A stretch of DNA of 64,000 bases from Lingula anatina (taxonomy: Eukaryota; Animalia; Brachiopoda). The stretch is taken from contig CM120647.1 in assembly GCA_051362555.1 (NCBI GenBank), positions 9,920,001-9,984,000 on the forward strand, read 5' to 3'. Below, in pieces: positions 33,791 through 47,933 of this stretch (positions within the stretch are counted from its first letter, which is position 1; every line of letters begins with the position of its first letter). The translations under genes were made by a program, and so were the position numbers. Below the pieces are notes generated by a model that saw nothing but the letters and a program-made list of their open reading frames with translations, was not told where the DNA came from and ran no database searches.

Positions 33791-36700
33791 ACAGTATTGA
33801 TTTAGTGGAAACTAGAAGAAACTTAATTCTCCGGACATAATTAGCATTATTGGTCAATTCAAATATGAGAGGATTAGGAAGAATGAAGAGAGTTCAGGAA
33901 TCATTCGAGTGATCTTCAGTATGCGAGAAATCTCAGATGGAAAACGGAGGAAGTGGAAACATTTAGCAGACTAATTGAGAAACTTGCATTGAAGGAAACA
34001 GAAAAAACAACTTACATTATTGATGGGTCAAAGTGAGACTGAAAGTCTGAGAGGAAATGAATGGCAACAACAAAATCAAGCAGAAAATTCTGTAAAAAAA
34101 AAGTAAAACTGTAAAAGTGGGCATAGTTTGCTTGTGAAAAAATTCATTTGTTAAGCTGCTTTTATAGAAATTGCAGTATTTAAGTGACTACAAATTTAGA
34201 AAAAAATTTAAGACAACTTTTGATACAAGTAAAGTGATGTAGCTTAAAACTTCAGGGTATTTATTTATTTATTGTGAAACATTTTATTTTCAAGTTTCAA
34301 GATCTAAGTTTGTTGCCTCTTTGCTCTCTCCACAAGAAAATATGAAAACGTATTTACATCACAATATTGACATCCTAGATCCTGAAAAAAGCTGAGAACT
34401 GATAATTACTTTTTTCACACAGCGGCTGATTTGATCAATTTTTCAGAATTACACCTCTCCATCAGCAGTGAGAAAAATCCTCATCGTCTCATGGTGACTT
34501 TGAGACTAAACTCTCAGCTTGACATTTTGCGCCACTTATTTCAGCTGAAACCAGATTCATTGAATTCATTTTAGCTGCGGTTTTTGAACTGTCTCACTTG
34601 GCATGACGGTTGACAAGTAGCTTCTGGCATTTTCCTGCTTGAACAACATCGATGACATTTCGTAAAAACAGTTTGTCTTCAAGTCTGAGCTGATATGCTT
34701 CAACATTTTCAGAAAGATTAAGTGCTGTAACCAAGGAAAAAGATTTGTCGTCTTGAGTTAAATTGAACACAGCTCTCTCGAGACTTTGCTGATGTCTTTC
34801 TTCATTGCTGAATGCTTGGATTTTATGTGAATATTTAGGGTGTGTTCAGACTAATTGCTAATTTACACCAGATATAATGTAACAGACAACAGCTGATGAC
34901 TGATTTTCATTGTGAGATTTTACATGTAGAATGTAACAAGTATTCTTGTGGGTGTCTTTGTCATCTGATTACTCTGAGGTCAAGGAATCAATTGTCCAAT
35001 TTCTTGTCCAAGTTAAGAAAGTTCTGGATACATCAGACTTATTCTATAGGCTTTTAGACATATCTTCAAGGAGACAAATTGCCTTTGTTCTGCTTTTTTT
35101 GTGGATACACTGCAGATGTTGTTGAGCAACATTATAGATAAATGGTTGACTGGAGCATTAACAGCTTTCTTTAGGTGGAAAGTGGAACCTATTATTGGAG
35201 CCATCACAAAGCTTTCAGCTCATTTCCAATAAAGAGGCTACGTATGTGGGAACGATGATATAGCTGAGAACATTAAATTTCGATGAGATACATGTAGTTT
35301 GACATGTAGATTTTTCTATTTTACCAGAATTGACTGGAAAGATATCCATGCAATCACATGGTGTTACAGCTGAAAGTATTAAAACCTCAGCGAAAAGTTG
35401 GACATGTTCATCATTCTGTTTAAGCAAAATTGAAAAATTGTGTGAAGAAATGGGTGAAATTTCTCTAATGAGTTGCCTATTTGACTAGGAGACAAATCCT
35501 CTCATATTGTAACCAGGGATACATCTATATACAGTTATATGACAGTGATGAAATACTCCATTTTGCTGTTTCGATCTTTGTCAACCCATTTGGGACACAG
35601 TGGGGCCAAAAAGTTGATAGCTTGTGTCGTGTGACAAGATGGACGTGGAGACTTGAAAACTCAAGAGTATCATTGGATCAGAAATATGGCAACATGTCTC
35701 CTGGATATCTTGATAAGATTGGACAGTAGTTCATTTTCTGTTGGACCAGACCCTAGATTAAAAAAAAAACAAAACTTTTTTTGAAATGCATATATATTTT
35801 TAGATGGCAGTTCCATCTTTGTGCCGACAGACCAGACTTCCTGATATGGTTCAGTGTTTCATGAATTTGCGTAAAAATTGAATTTCTGGGATACCCTTGC
35901 TACAAATACCAAATTCAGGATTAGGATTTGGCGGCAGATGAACCAGACTTGTCCACTTGGGAGCATACAATATGTTGTAAATAGATGCAATAATGCATGG
36001 GTTTTCCGAACAGTGACATTATCATGTCAGAAGGAATATGATGGAGTGTACATCTTTTGAAATATGTATAATTCCTGCTGAAAAAAGTTTTGTGTAGGAA
36101 AAAATTGCCGCTTTTGACTGTGCCAGTCTAAGAGATGTGACGACATTTATATATTGAAAGCTACAATGAAGAATTTGAAGAAAGCATTTTTAAAGATGTG
36201 CAGGAAAGTGAAGGTATGGGTAGTTCTGGATTTAATTGTTTTCTTACATGGTGTAACTTCAGAAACTTAATATCTAAGGTTTCAATATTTATTTTTTGTT
36301 GATAATCAGTATATTTTTTTAATGTTTTGAAGGATTCAAATCATTTTAGGACAATATCAAAACTGTTGAAAAGTTAACCTTTTGTAGCAAGCAACCAGTA
36401 AATAATAATCTTTTTTGTTGGTCTAAAATGCAAATATGGTCAATAGATACATGTAACAATCTGAAAAAATAAATAAATGGAAATTGAGATGATTTGAAGC
36501 ATCTAAAATTAGAAGTAAGTTCTTTCATCGCTATTAAAAGTCCACCAAAAGATATCTTTAAAAACTGATTACAGTTCAGTTTGTCATTCCTCATTCACTG
36601 TACTGAAATGCCCTTGATTGCTAACAAAGAGAGCGCAGCAAACAGTATTGTGACAACTGTTTTCTTTGAGTAAAAAAGTGTAATATCCATCTCTGTAGAA

Positions 36701-38166
36701 GATAATGGTAATAAAAAATGAATCAATAGATAAACAAATAAGAGAATGGCTTTTTAAGAAGATCTGACATTTTATCACTGAGCACAGCAGTCGGTGTGTA
36801 TCAGGAAATGTATGCTAAAAATACAATACATAAACAATAGAGGGCTGTCAGTAAAGGTAGGCAGACATTTTGACAACTGGTCAGAGTTTTCAGACATCTG
36901 GTTTTCAGACAGTAAGGGTCAGAAGGAGGAAATGAGTGGCCATATTGTGCTTACTGCACCTAAAATATGGTGTTGGAGAGAAAGAGGAAATCTTGTTGAA
37001 GCTGTTTCTTGGTCAGTTGTGGTCTTCTTGCAGTTGGATGGACGATGCTGCCATTCTGTTTGGAGAAGTCAGAATAAGGACAACTTTAGTAACACATTTT
37101 CACAGATCAGAACTGAGACAGACAATATAACTGAAGGTGACTACTGAAACAAAACAGCGGCATAAGCATTTTTGCTTTTTAAGAACTTAAACGTATTTCT
37201 TAGAGCTTAGAAATAAGGTTGCTTGTGTAATTTCAATGATTATACAGTTAGCTTACAATGAATTCTGTATTTGGGAATTCAGTAAGTTACAGAATGCTAC
37301 TGACAAACTGTACAACTGCCTACATATTGAATCCTTTAGTTATTTAACTGTTATAGGTGTTTTTGTACTGCGTTAAGTCATTCATATAGTAAAAGTTGTC
37401 CTCTATGAATATTATTGTTATAGCTGAAACAGGCAAGAGTTTTTAACATTAAAGTTCTCTAATAGAGAAACAGTTGTTACTTAATAGAGAGCTATCAATC
37501 ATGAAACCTCCATTGATTATCACCAGTCTTAAAAATACTGTCAGTTACTGATGTTGGTGATAATTCAGTAAAAATATCATATTTGGGTCATCTGGCTTAA
37601 TCTGCCAGAGGTTTGAGTTAATCTGTTGGAAAGATAAAAGTTTTAGTCACATTAAATCTATTGGCCCGAAATGGAGCTTTTACCACCATTGTCCAGTCAT
37701 TCAAATAACACTGGTCAAGCATTAATTAAATATTTATTTGTTTTTTTTTTTTTTTACTAATTTATTTGTTTGTTGGTTTGTCTGTTTGTTTACAACACTC
37801 TTCCTTAAAATGCAGCAGGACAATATTTTAGATTCAATCCAAAATCGAGTAACACATTGGTTATTTTTAAATGTTTTCTCCAGCAAATTCTGTCTCTTTT
37901 TTTTTTTTTTTTTTATTTAGAAAAGCCATAGCACTGTCTATGTAAGTCCTTGTGTCTTGATCATTATCATGGAAAACGGATTATTTTAATGTGAGCAGCT
38001 TGGCAATTGGCAGAATTTTCATGATACAAGCTAATAAATTAGTGTAATGACTTCACTAAATAGGAGCAGCAGTATATGTGCTTTATGGCACGCCGAAATC
38101 CTATCATCTCTGCTTGCAGGCTAGCTGTGATTATTAATCAGGAGTTTTTGATCAGATTTGGTCTAT

Positions 38167-38361
38167 GGGCCTGTTGAGAACCACACTGATCTACAAACTA
38201 ACAGATCTGGGGTGCAAATATGGCCGACCCACTTGAAAGCTTGTCACGTAATCCCTACGGAGAATCCGTTAGGGGATAAGGCAGAAAGTTTTCAAATGGG
38301 TCAACCATATTTGATCCATGGATGAGTTAGTCCTTGGTTCAACTTGGTTCTGAACAGGCCC
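38167..38361. mobile_element. Foldback MITE
   Basis: gggcctgttgagaacca ... tggttctgaacaggccc termini; internal arms caaatatggccgaccc / gggtcaaccatatttg. Confidence 0.7.
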
Positions 38362-39819
38362 TACATATGCAGACTGTTCCAGCTTAGTTAAACACAATCG
38401 TGTGTTAGTGGTTGCCTTTGATTAAATTAGGATTCATGTATTACTGGATTAAGGGAATTGAATTAATCTGAGGAACATGTCCATTTTGTAGATTGGTGTG
38501 TGTGTTAGGAACTGGTAACTGTACATGCTTCAGAAACATTTATTTGATATTTGTGATGTAATGATGATGATGGAACTAGAAACTGGAAACATTATACCTC
38601 ATTGAAGCAGTTTGGCATACAGATTTTTCTTGTCGCTGATGTAAACGTGTACTGTTTATCTGATGCTGCCATTGTTATGGCTGTGTGGAGGGAAAATTAG
38701 TTCGGATATTGTTACAGCTTCATAGAACATCCATTCTTGAAGGAAAAGGAGAAAGGTTGTAAGAAAAAACTGCTTTTGATTTCAAGTTTGCGATATATCT
38801 GATCGTGGAATATATTTTTATGAAGCTTAGAAGCAAAGAAAGCAGGATTAGAAAACAAAAAAATTAGACATCTTTTAAATTTAAGTTTACTTTTATGCTA
38901 GAATTATGCTGTTAGAATGACAGTATATATATAAGCAAGAAAGTTAGGTGGAAAGTGAGCTTTTTAGGTGAAATGTTGCCATCAGGGATAGTCTTTGGTG
39001 AAAGTTTCACAAACATTTGCTCATTAAAGGTCAACGTGTATTGAATTCATTGAGAGAGAGAAAGTCTCAGAGAGGGTGAGAGAGAGAGAAAGAGAGAGAA
39101 AACAATGCAAAGGTTTGGGGTTGAAATAACACATAAATATGCCGGAATCAATATAAAACAAATTAATGTCTAGTAAAATCAAGAACTCTGTGTTAGGACT
39201 GCACTCCATCATCTCAACTCTTGAGTAATGACTTGTGATGTATTGGAGTGTAAATGAAATGTTCGACAAAGTTCAGATTTGTAGGCACACAAGAGGTCGT
39301 ATTATATCAGAAAAGTCAGGGCTAAGTTCTTTAATATTTAATTAAATTGGTTTTTTACCCATACTGAGTAGAGAACTTAATTGTACCAATCATCACAGCT
39401 AGCATTGTTTGTTCTTATCCATGCAGTTGAGAAAGGTCTGACCTTGACTTATTGACTTTTTATTTTCCCCATAAATAATGACTCGTACTTTAGCTAACCA
39501 TAAGCTATACTAATCATATGGGACCAAGGACTCACCGTATTTTAGGAATACTTAACAGTTGGAAAAAGCATCTAGCAGTTCATATACAACAATCTATCTT
39601 TCACTTATCCTTGACCTTCAGCTGACACTTATGACCTTGACATTGTCAAAACTGGGACATTAAAAATTTTTTTACATTATTTTTATTGAAATTTATTAAT
39701 TTTTATAACCCTTTTCAGGACTTGAGCAAATGCCACTGGATCAGTAATGCTCTTTTGAACTTACGACCTTCACCTTTCAAAATGAGGCCACTGTGACCCA
39801 ATTTTTAATATCATTCTAG

Positions 39820-39956
39820 GACCACACCTTAGTGGGACGAGCCGATGCTCCTGTTGAACAAGACATCCAGCTTCAGGGGCTGGGGATTATGCCCGAACAC
39901 TGTGTCCTTGACCTTGAGAACCAAGATGTCTACCTGACACCAATAGAGGGAGCCAG
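39820..39956 (+). CDS. KIF13: KIF13 exon 6 (FHA: DHTLVGRADAPVEQDIQLQGLGIMPEHCVLD)
   Basis: tctag| and |gtgag; follows an 11.2-kb intron. Confidence 0.95.
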
Positions 39957-40097
39957 GTGAGGCAACAGATTTGCATATTCAATTTTTTTTTTTTTATTGG
40001 ACAGATACTTTAAAATTGAGTGTCATAACTTAAATTGAAACGGACACTGTCTTCAAATTGACATTTTAATATGGTGCTATGACCTACAGTGGCAGTG

Positions 40098-40160
<63 letters not shown>

Positions 40161-40710
40161 TGTCATTTTGTTTACAAAGATGTTTGACATTTGGATAATT
40201 TAAAAGCAAATATATGTTGACATCACCTTGTCCTTGAACAAGTTTTTAACAACTTTCAGCACGTTTTAATAATTTTGCATTGATGTTTATGTAGATGCCA
40301 GTCAAAGAATATTCATGACTCTCTAAATATCCCATGTCACTTTCTCAAAACAAAACGGTAAAAACCAAACACATCTCCATTTTCCACCTTCCATGAAATG
40401 TGTTTCTGCCCTAACATTCCACTCTGATTTTTTTTTTTTTTTTTTTTTTTGAGGAGGAGGGGGGCTATCTGAAAAAAAATCATCTTTATGGAAAGAAAAA
40501 GACATGAGTATAGAATTAGATTTCTTGTTGTTGATAGCAATATCAGCACATATGTGCCAGAGTTCAGATAACATTCGGAAATATTTTGCTTTTTATATCC
40601 TGTTTTTACTGCTGTTTGTTTTAGCAAGTTCTGAATTATTTCAATAAATATATTTTGATTTTAATTTTGCTGCCAATTGATCTCTCTGAATTCCCTAGGT
40701 CAGCATAAGA

Positions 40711-40759
<49 letters not shown>

Positions 40760-41851
40760 CGTGTGCAGCTGTTCATGTGTGCAATTTGGGACCAGAAAGA
40801 TTAGAAAGACACAAGGGGTGCTTCTTGAGTTGTTTTTACAAACATGTTTCTTCAACTCCTGTCTTTGGACTTTGCCTCCACATGCAAAACTTTGAATCAG
40901 ATTGCTTTATTTTCTAATTCAGAAATTTGAATGATTAGTTTAAAGCAAACTGAACAAAATTTAATTCAAATGAAATTGAAAAATTAGAATTTAACTCGTA
41001 GTACATCAGTCAACAGTTTAACTTTGGACTTCAAAATACAGTACATACTCCACAGACATGAAAAACAATTATCACCAATATTTAAGTCTTCCCTATGTAT
41101 ATTCCCTATGTACATATTGCATTAAAGAGATCTTAACAATTTCTTAAATACACTTGTTCATTTGATTAAATCAATCCAGAGAACATGTCAGCATCTCCCT
41201 CTGGTCTTTCCATCAGGGTAAATTGTTGTTACAGGAGAAACTTCTAGCATAATGGCTGGGCACAGATGTGGAATGCCATGATATTTAATTCATTGTAGAA
41301 TTTATGTATTTCCAAGGGAAAAATGAGAAAACATCCTTTTAGATATGGTTAACACATTGATTTCTAGTCCCTCATATGATGTTCACTTTTAGAATGGAAG
41401 GCCTTTTTCGTGTGGAAAGGTATACTTTAAGTTTTTTGCAGAACCCACCTTATGCCATGCTAATTATCAGTTTATTCAGTTACTTCAGATGTATATGTTA
41501 AAACCAAAAAACAAACGCTTAGGCACGGTCAGCTCACGACTCCTATCTTCCAATTCAGTAACGGTTAACATAAACTGATCCTGGCATAACCGAGCTATTT
41601 CGAACAATAAATTCTGTATAGGTACATTTTGAGAGATTGACAACTTAATAGCCAGCTGGCTATTACTTAAGAGAATTTCCTAAACTAGACACTGTCACTT
41701 AATTAACTATACAGTAAGAAGAGAGCTTGCTAAAGGGATTAAAAGCCCTGTGGCGTTATGGCTATTGGACCTGTCAGTGTCTGTATCAGTAAGTTTGTAT
41801 CCATCCTTTTTTGCCAAGTTTATTTTTGATACTTGGTCTTTTCCATGGTAA

Positions 41852-42099
41852 ATCTTTTCAATGGGCAAAAATTATCAAACTTTCAGGTGCATAATTTTAT
41901 AATCACAGATATATATATATGGCATTTGTGGTGCTTTTACTGCATAGAATACAGCTATAGAGTAGCCTGCTTTTTAATTTTGATGCTACAAATCAATAGG
42001 AATGTTTTAATTTGATGAAATTATGACTTAATAAATCCTGTAAAATTCTCTGTAAAATTCACAATGTTCCCCCATTGAAAAGATTGAGTAATAACTGTA
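41852..42099. mobile_element. Dispersed MITE-like repeat, copy 2
   Basis: Colinear similarity to 20572-20839; atcttttcaatggg / cccattgaaaagat inverted repeat. Confidence 0.65.
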
Positions 42100-43112
42100 C
42101 TGTCAATGTGACCTTTCATAATAAACCAAGGTAGCCATCGTTGAGTCTTAGAAAATGTCTTTGTACTTTCATGTTTAAAAACTAAAGCATCTCTGCATAT
42201 TATCCAGTGAACATCACAAGTAGATGGTGATTTTGTTAGCCACCAGAGCAGACAGAAAGTCAACAATAATTTTTTCCCGTCTAGGAACATTCAGAAAATT
42301 GGTCTATCATGTTGCTGCCCTGGGCCTTTGGTTTCTGCGACCCATTGATTGACCTCGTAGGCGTTGTGGTGCAGCGATGCAAAATCCCATAATGCCAAAG
42401 GACAAGAAACAAAAAAATATTAGACATTCTAAATAGTTACATTTGATCTTGATGTTATTGACCAGCTCAGAGAAAAATTAAGGGCCTTTTTTTATGATCT
42501 CATTTAACAAATAGAAATAATACTCGGGATTTGTTTGCTTATAATAAAGGCCTATATTTTCCCCCTTTTTTTCAGTTTGATATTTTTGTTTTAATTTTGT
42601 TTTCATATATGGCCAAAGAAATTAGACCAGAAATTATCTTAACGACATCATTACTGGTTGTTTTTTATAAATTAAAGAGATTTGATATTTAATTTTTGTC
42701 AGCCCTAATAAGAAGCTGTTTTTTCTGTTTTTATTTTTAACTAGTATAATAAAATGTGTGAACAGCAGTCGCTGATCACTTTGGAGGTGGGGGAGATGCA
42801 ATTTTTTTTTTTTTTTTTTTTTTTTTTTGGTTTTCCACTGATGTCAAATCATTATATTTTATAATGACAGAAACCAAGGCTCCAATTCTAAGGCCATTAA
42901 AGAGAGCCGGAAAAAACTTAGAATATCACCTTCACCGTAAAAATGGGTAATTGAATGGGCTAATGTGATTCTGTCATCGATTCTTTTTGTTATATTTTTA
43001 GCTGTTCCAAAGTCAGGAAAATCTTCTGGGCGTCAAGTGAAAATGCAGCAAATGATGAAATGTCAAACTTTATACTTTTGTTATTTCACGTGCGCTCCTG
43101 TTTTTGTTTCAG

Positions 43113-43225
43113 AACTTGCGTAAACGGCTCGGTGGTGACGGAGAAGACTAGAGTGATAAACGGAGATCGTATCGTTTGGGGAAATAACCATTTCTTTAGG
43201 ATCAACTGTCCAAAACAAGCAAGCA
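43113..43225 (+). CDS. KIF13: KIF13 exon 7 (FHA: TCVNGSVVTEKTRVINGDRIVWGNNHFFRINCP)
   Basis: ttcag| and |gtaagt. Confidence 0.95.
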
Positions 43226-43232
43226 GTAAGTA

Positions 43233-43281
<49 letters not shown>

Positions 43282-44825
43282 TAATGTGAACAGCTGACTT
43301 AAACCCAAACTAAAGGGTTATACAAAATAAGAGATATACTTTTATTTGCTCTTAAACTGAAACCTGTGACTAGAGTAAATCATCGATTTATATAAATTGT
43401 GAAGACAAAACCATCTTAGTCATAAATCTCATCTTCTTGACCTTGACCCTTGGTTACTGCTGGCAACACAACTGAAGATGACCATTCTAGGAATTTATCT
43501 CCCATGGGAGAACTTTATTCCTCAGAATTACCCAGAGTAAACTGTGGTACTCTGTGGAATGGCCATTAGTGATTGTAGAGATGATACAGAACATTTCTGC
43601 CAGGATCTTTGAAATATGCCAATGTATTTCTGTTTCCCTGTGCTGTATAAAATATATAGAACATAAGAATGGTATGACATAACATTTCCCGTAATATTGA
43701 AATTGTCATTATTGTTCTATAACACAGAACATTTTGCAGCGTCTTCACTGTGCTGTTTGCCATGAAAATCTCTCCACTATCATGAATGTTACATTTTAGA
43801 AGCCAATTGGTGTCTACCAGTTGATAAATGATACAATCTGATGGCTGTTCAGAGACTTTTCAACACAATAAAAGCATTTAGGAAGGTTTTTAGGTTCATT
43901 ATGGCTTTGGTATTGACTCATTAACTTCAAACACCTCTTTATAATTTGGAGATAATTTTATATTTTGATCTGTAAATTTTCTGCAATTTTCTGTACGATA
44001 GTACCCTAGATGACAAGAATGGTATAACCACTGTCTGTATGAATTGGCCAGATGGCTTTAGAACCATAATTATTGTGGTTATGATATTGACCCACAATTC
44101 CCAAACAACTCTTTTTACTGGCAAGATGATCAGCTCTGTAAAAGCTCCCCTCAATGTTTCTGACATAAGTATCATGGATGACAAAATAATGCGATGCTGG
44201 GATCGGAGTAGTGGGACCACTGTCTATAATTGACCAGATGAAAATTATAAAGAAGATGGCCGCTCGTATATAGAAAGATAGCAACTCCCTGTAGAGTATT
44301 TCACTTCTCAGTATTCCCATTAGATTTTATATTGACCAGTCATTAATGCAAGATAGTTTCAGTGGAAATTATTTGTTTTGCAAAACCATAAACTTTCTTG
44401 CTATTATGGCCTAGAGAAGATGGAAAATGTGAATGACTTCTTTTGTTCTCACAAGGAGTAAGAAAATTAAGTTGACGTTATGCATACAGATTATAACTTA
44501 GCTCAGATAGAGCTTATGTTGGATGTTTTCCACAAGATCTAAACCGCTATGCTTCAAGGGCTTGGAGTGAAGGACAATGTGATTGACTTTTTTCATGTTG
44601 CTTGCATGTCACAAAACAGGAGTAAGAAAATGAATATAACCTTATACTGTGGATTATCACCTTACTCAGATGAAGTTAATGATGGAACATATGTTTTCTG
44701 GAATTGGAAATGTTATTTATTTTATACTGTATAACATCTGTAATCCTCCAGGCCCGACACAGGAACATGAGTGAGAAAATTAAAATGACCAGACCATATC
44801 TTATATGACATCTCTTATTTTCCAG

Positions 44826-44978
44826 GCCCGTCACAGGAACAGGAGTCAGAAAATGAACACGACCAAACCATCGACTATGATTTTGCTCAAATGGAGCTGA
44901 TGATGAAAGAACTGAACAATGATCCCATTAAGGATGCCATGAGTGCCATAGAAAAACAGCACGAGATGGACAAGCAAG
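44826..44978 (+). CDS. KIF13: KIF13 exon 8 (PSQEQESENEHDQTIDYDFAQMELMMK...QHEMDKQ)
   Basis: tccag| and |gtagt; phase 1-1. Confidence 0.92.
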
Positions 44979-46093
44979 GTAGTAGAGATCTTTTTAAAAG
45001 AAAAAGTGCACATAATATGCACCCTGTGTTTTAATTCACTGACACAATGTAGGGTGTTATAGCATGAAATTGCACTTAGCGACTTGTTTTGTTATTTTAG
45101 TTTGATGTGTTAATTAATGCATGATGACCAGAATATGGTAATTAAATGTCACTGCATGCAGTTACATTCATTTTTCTCTATAGTCAGTGTGACATGTTGG
45201 GTACTTTTCTGAGCTTCATCACAAAGCACTTTCCTCGTACAGTTTAAGTGATAAAGTTAAATGTTGCATGCCATGTTGTTTGTATGTTTAGGAGGCATTT
45301 TTATATAGATCACATATATATATTTGTCAACAGCATGTAGAGTCTATGCCCCACTTTCAGGTGGCCCCATTATATCACCCAGGACAATTCAAAGCATCAC
45401 TGGTAATTCTTGTAGTATATATGATTTTAGCAAGTTTTTCCTGAAACTCGATGTTTGTGGCCTTGACCTATTTTTTGTGGCCTTGACTTATTTTTGTGGA
45501 CTTGAGCTATTTCAGGCCATTTATTCTGATCAGTATTGATTTGTGCATTTTATTGTATTTGTTTTAGAATTTTTTTGTTTTGATTTCAATACAAACTGAA
45601 CGAAGGCCACCCAGATATGTACAGCTCTTAGGTTTTGTGTTGAATGTGCATTTTTATTATTTTTCGATATCTTGAATGGCAACCTTACCCTGATTTTCAG
45701 TTGTGTGAAGTTTATAAATATTGGTTGAATCCAGTGAATTTATTTTGTTCACAGATGTTTTATAGAACATATCTGCTAAAAACATTTAGAAAAATTAATA
45801 ATTTTTAGTTGGAACGCTGACTTGATTTTTGATATTTTGCTGCTTTTAAAGTAAGGAGATCTTACAAAAATGACTTATGATGTGGAAGAAAAATTGTTCA
45901 TGACAGAAATACAATGAATATTTGAAAAAAAAAATACTGAAATTATCCCTTTTGGAGATATCAAACAAAAATATATGTCTGTTGTGAAGTGAAAGACCTG
46001 AATCCGTGTTACATGAAAAAACTGACTGACTTAAAAAAGTAAGAAAAAAACTTTTTATTGACATTTAAATAAAGACATTTTATGGCATTTCAG

Positions 46094-46262
46094 CTGCCCT
46101 TGAGAAACAAAGGCAAATGTACGAAGAGCAGATGCAGATGCTACGCAATCAGTTGATGTCACCTGGGACGCCATCGCAGCCGTTCCTGTCACCAGGGGGC
46201 TCACTACAGAATGTCACGCCCAGTACAATACATCCCAAATATCAACAGTGGGCAGAAGAAAG
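46094..46262 (+). CDS. KIF13: KIF13 exon 9 (ALEKQRQMYEEQMQMLRNQLMSP...QQWAEE)
   Basis: ttcag|; only the first donor of the 44-nt array gives a stop-free join to exon 10. Confidence 0.93.
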
Positions 46263-46575
46263 GTATGAAAGCCTTGTGTTGATTGGTTGTTGTGGGCAGA
46301 AGAAAGGTATGAAACCCTTGTGTTGATTGGCTGTTGTGGGCAGAAGAAAGGTATGAAACCCTTGTGTTGATTGGCTGTTGTGGGCAGAAGAAAGGTATGA
46401 AACCCTTGTGTTGATTGGCTGTTGTGGGCAGAGGAAAGGTATGAAACCCTTGTGTTGATTGGCTGTTGTGGTTAGAGGAAAGGTATGAAACCCTTGTGTT
46501 GATTGGTTGTTGTGGGCAGAGGACAGGTATGAAACCCTTGTGTTGATTGGTTGTTGTGGGCAGAGGAAAGGTATG
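46248..46575 (+). repeat. 44-nt minisatellite spanning the exon 9 donor (8 donor-like sites)
   Basis: Unit gtgggcagaagaaag|gtatgaaacccttgtgttgattggctgtt; GT at 46263, 46307, 46351, 46395, 46439, 46483, 46527, 46571. Confidence 0.97.
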
Positions 46576-46997
46576 CAGATGTAGCCTGTGTAACCTATAT
46601 GCTTTTAGTGAAACTTTAAGTGAAACTGTGTAATAATATGTCATGCTTACATTATTTTATATAACTGTATCAGTGAGCATTGTATGTAGAATTGTCTGTT
46701 TTTCACAATTGATTTAGGTATAGCATTCTGCACATTTCCCATAAAAAACTTTTTTTTTCTAATTTGCTATCTTAATAGAATTCATGTTTTTGTATATTCT
46801 TTGTAGAAAGTTTTTTATCTTTTTGTATACTCTTTATAGAAAGATTTTCTTTTTACTCTTACTAGACTTCATGTGTAATATTGCATTATTGTAGATTTGT
46901 TCTTGTCCTTACCCAGTCGGCAAATAGCTGTAAAGCTTATGTTTCCTTTCAATTTATACCTGACATGAAATAAATGTATTGTATAGTATTGTATTGT

Positions 46998-47206
46998 AAA
47001 GGTATGAAAGCCTTGTGTTGATTGGCTGTTGTGGTTAGAGGAAAGGTATGAAACCCTTGTGTTGATAGGCTATTGTGGGCGAGGAAAGGTATGAAACCCT
47101 TGTGTTGATTGGTTGTTGTGGCCAGAGTAAAGGTATGAAACCCTTGTGTTGATTGGTTGTTGTGGGCAGAGAAAAGGCGTGAAACCCTTGTGTTGATTAG
47201 TTGTTG
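46998..47206 (+). repeat. Second block (~5 units) of the same 44-nt minisatellite
   Basis: Same unit, more diverged. Confidence 0.95.
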
Positions 47207-47531
47207 CTTGTTTTTGGTGATATTTCAGTATTAACCTCAAAATTTTCATAGAATTAGCATTTTTCAGGATTTGCAGTCTGTGTTTCCTTTAAGGTGCTAG
47301 ACTTAAAGATGCTTCAGTCTTGAAGCCATAAAATATCAATATTAATTTTGAGATTATTGTTGACTTTTTAAAAAGCCAAATGTAAATTGGCAGGGTAAAT
47401 GTTTCTTGAAATTCATAGTGGCCTTAATCACAAAGAATACATCATTAATATTTCTTGTCCTCTCTTAATTTGATAACAGAAGTCTCTAAAAACAATATAT
47501 ATATATTATTTTGCTCTTTTATCTCAACCAG

Positions 47532-47694
47532 GGAGAAGTTATTTAAGCAGAGTTTGACCAAACTCCAAGAAGAAGTGGTCAAGGCCAACTCTTTGGTCAG
47601 AGAGGCCAATTTACTGGCCCAAGAAATGTCCAAGAAAACAGAATTCCATGTCACGCTACAAATACCAGCACAAAATTTAAGTCCAAACAGAAAG
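47532..47694 (+). CDS. KIF13: KIF13 exon 10 (EKLFKQSLTKLQEEVVKANSLVREAN...VTLQIPAQNLSPNRK)
   Basis: accag| and |gtaat; stalk region corresponding to the MAGUK-binding stalk of KIF13B. Confidence 0.95.
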
Positions 47695-47933
47695 GTAATC
47701 AGTCCTACACTGCTGGGTTCAAAATTTTAGTGTTTTTGAGGATATCTGAGATTCATCCTCCTTCTCATCAACTTTCTTAATTTCTGTTTTGAGTTTACCC
47801 TTTTCATAGACATCTTTATGCAATTTTTGATATTGTTCAAACATTACTTTCTCAAATGATATTTTATCTAATAATTCAGAAAGGAAATTTTGTTTGTGAG
47901 CCTCCTCAGATGATTTTTTGTCCAATACTTCAG

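Noticed and set aside
43900-44340. Overlapping ORFs 43939..44320 with a faint HxxHLG-like string
   Set aside because: No coherent integrase or other motif could be assembled; may be an unrecognisable relic
46204-46644. 146-aa repetitive minus-strand ORF and CRISPR-like look of the 44-nt array
   Set aside because: Units are contiguous with no unique spacers, the context is eukaryotic with no cas genes, and the ORF is a by-product of the repeat
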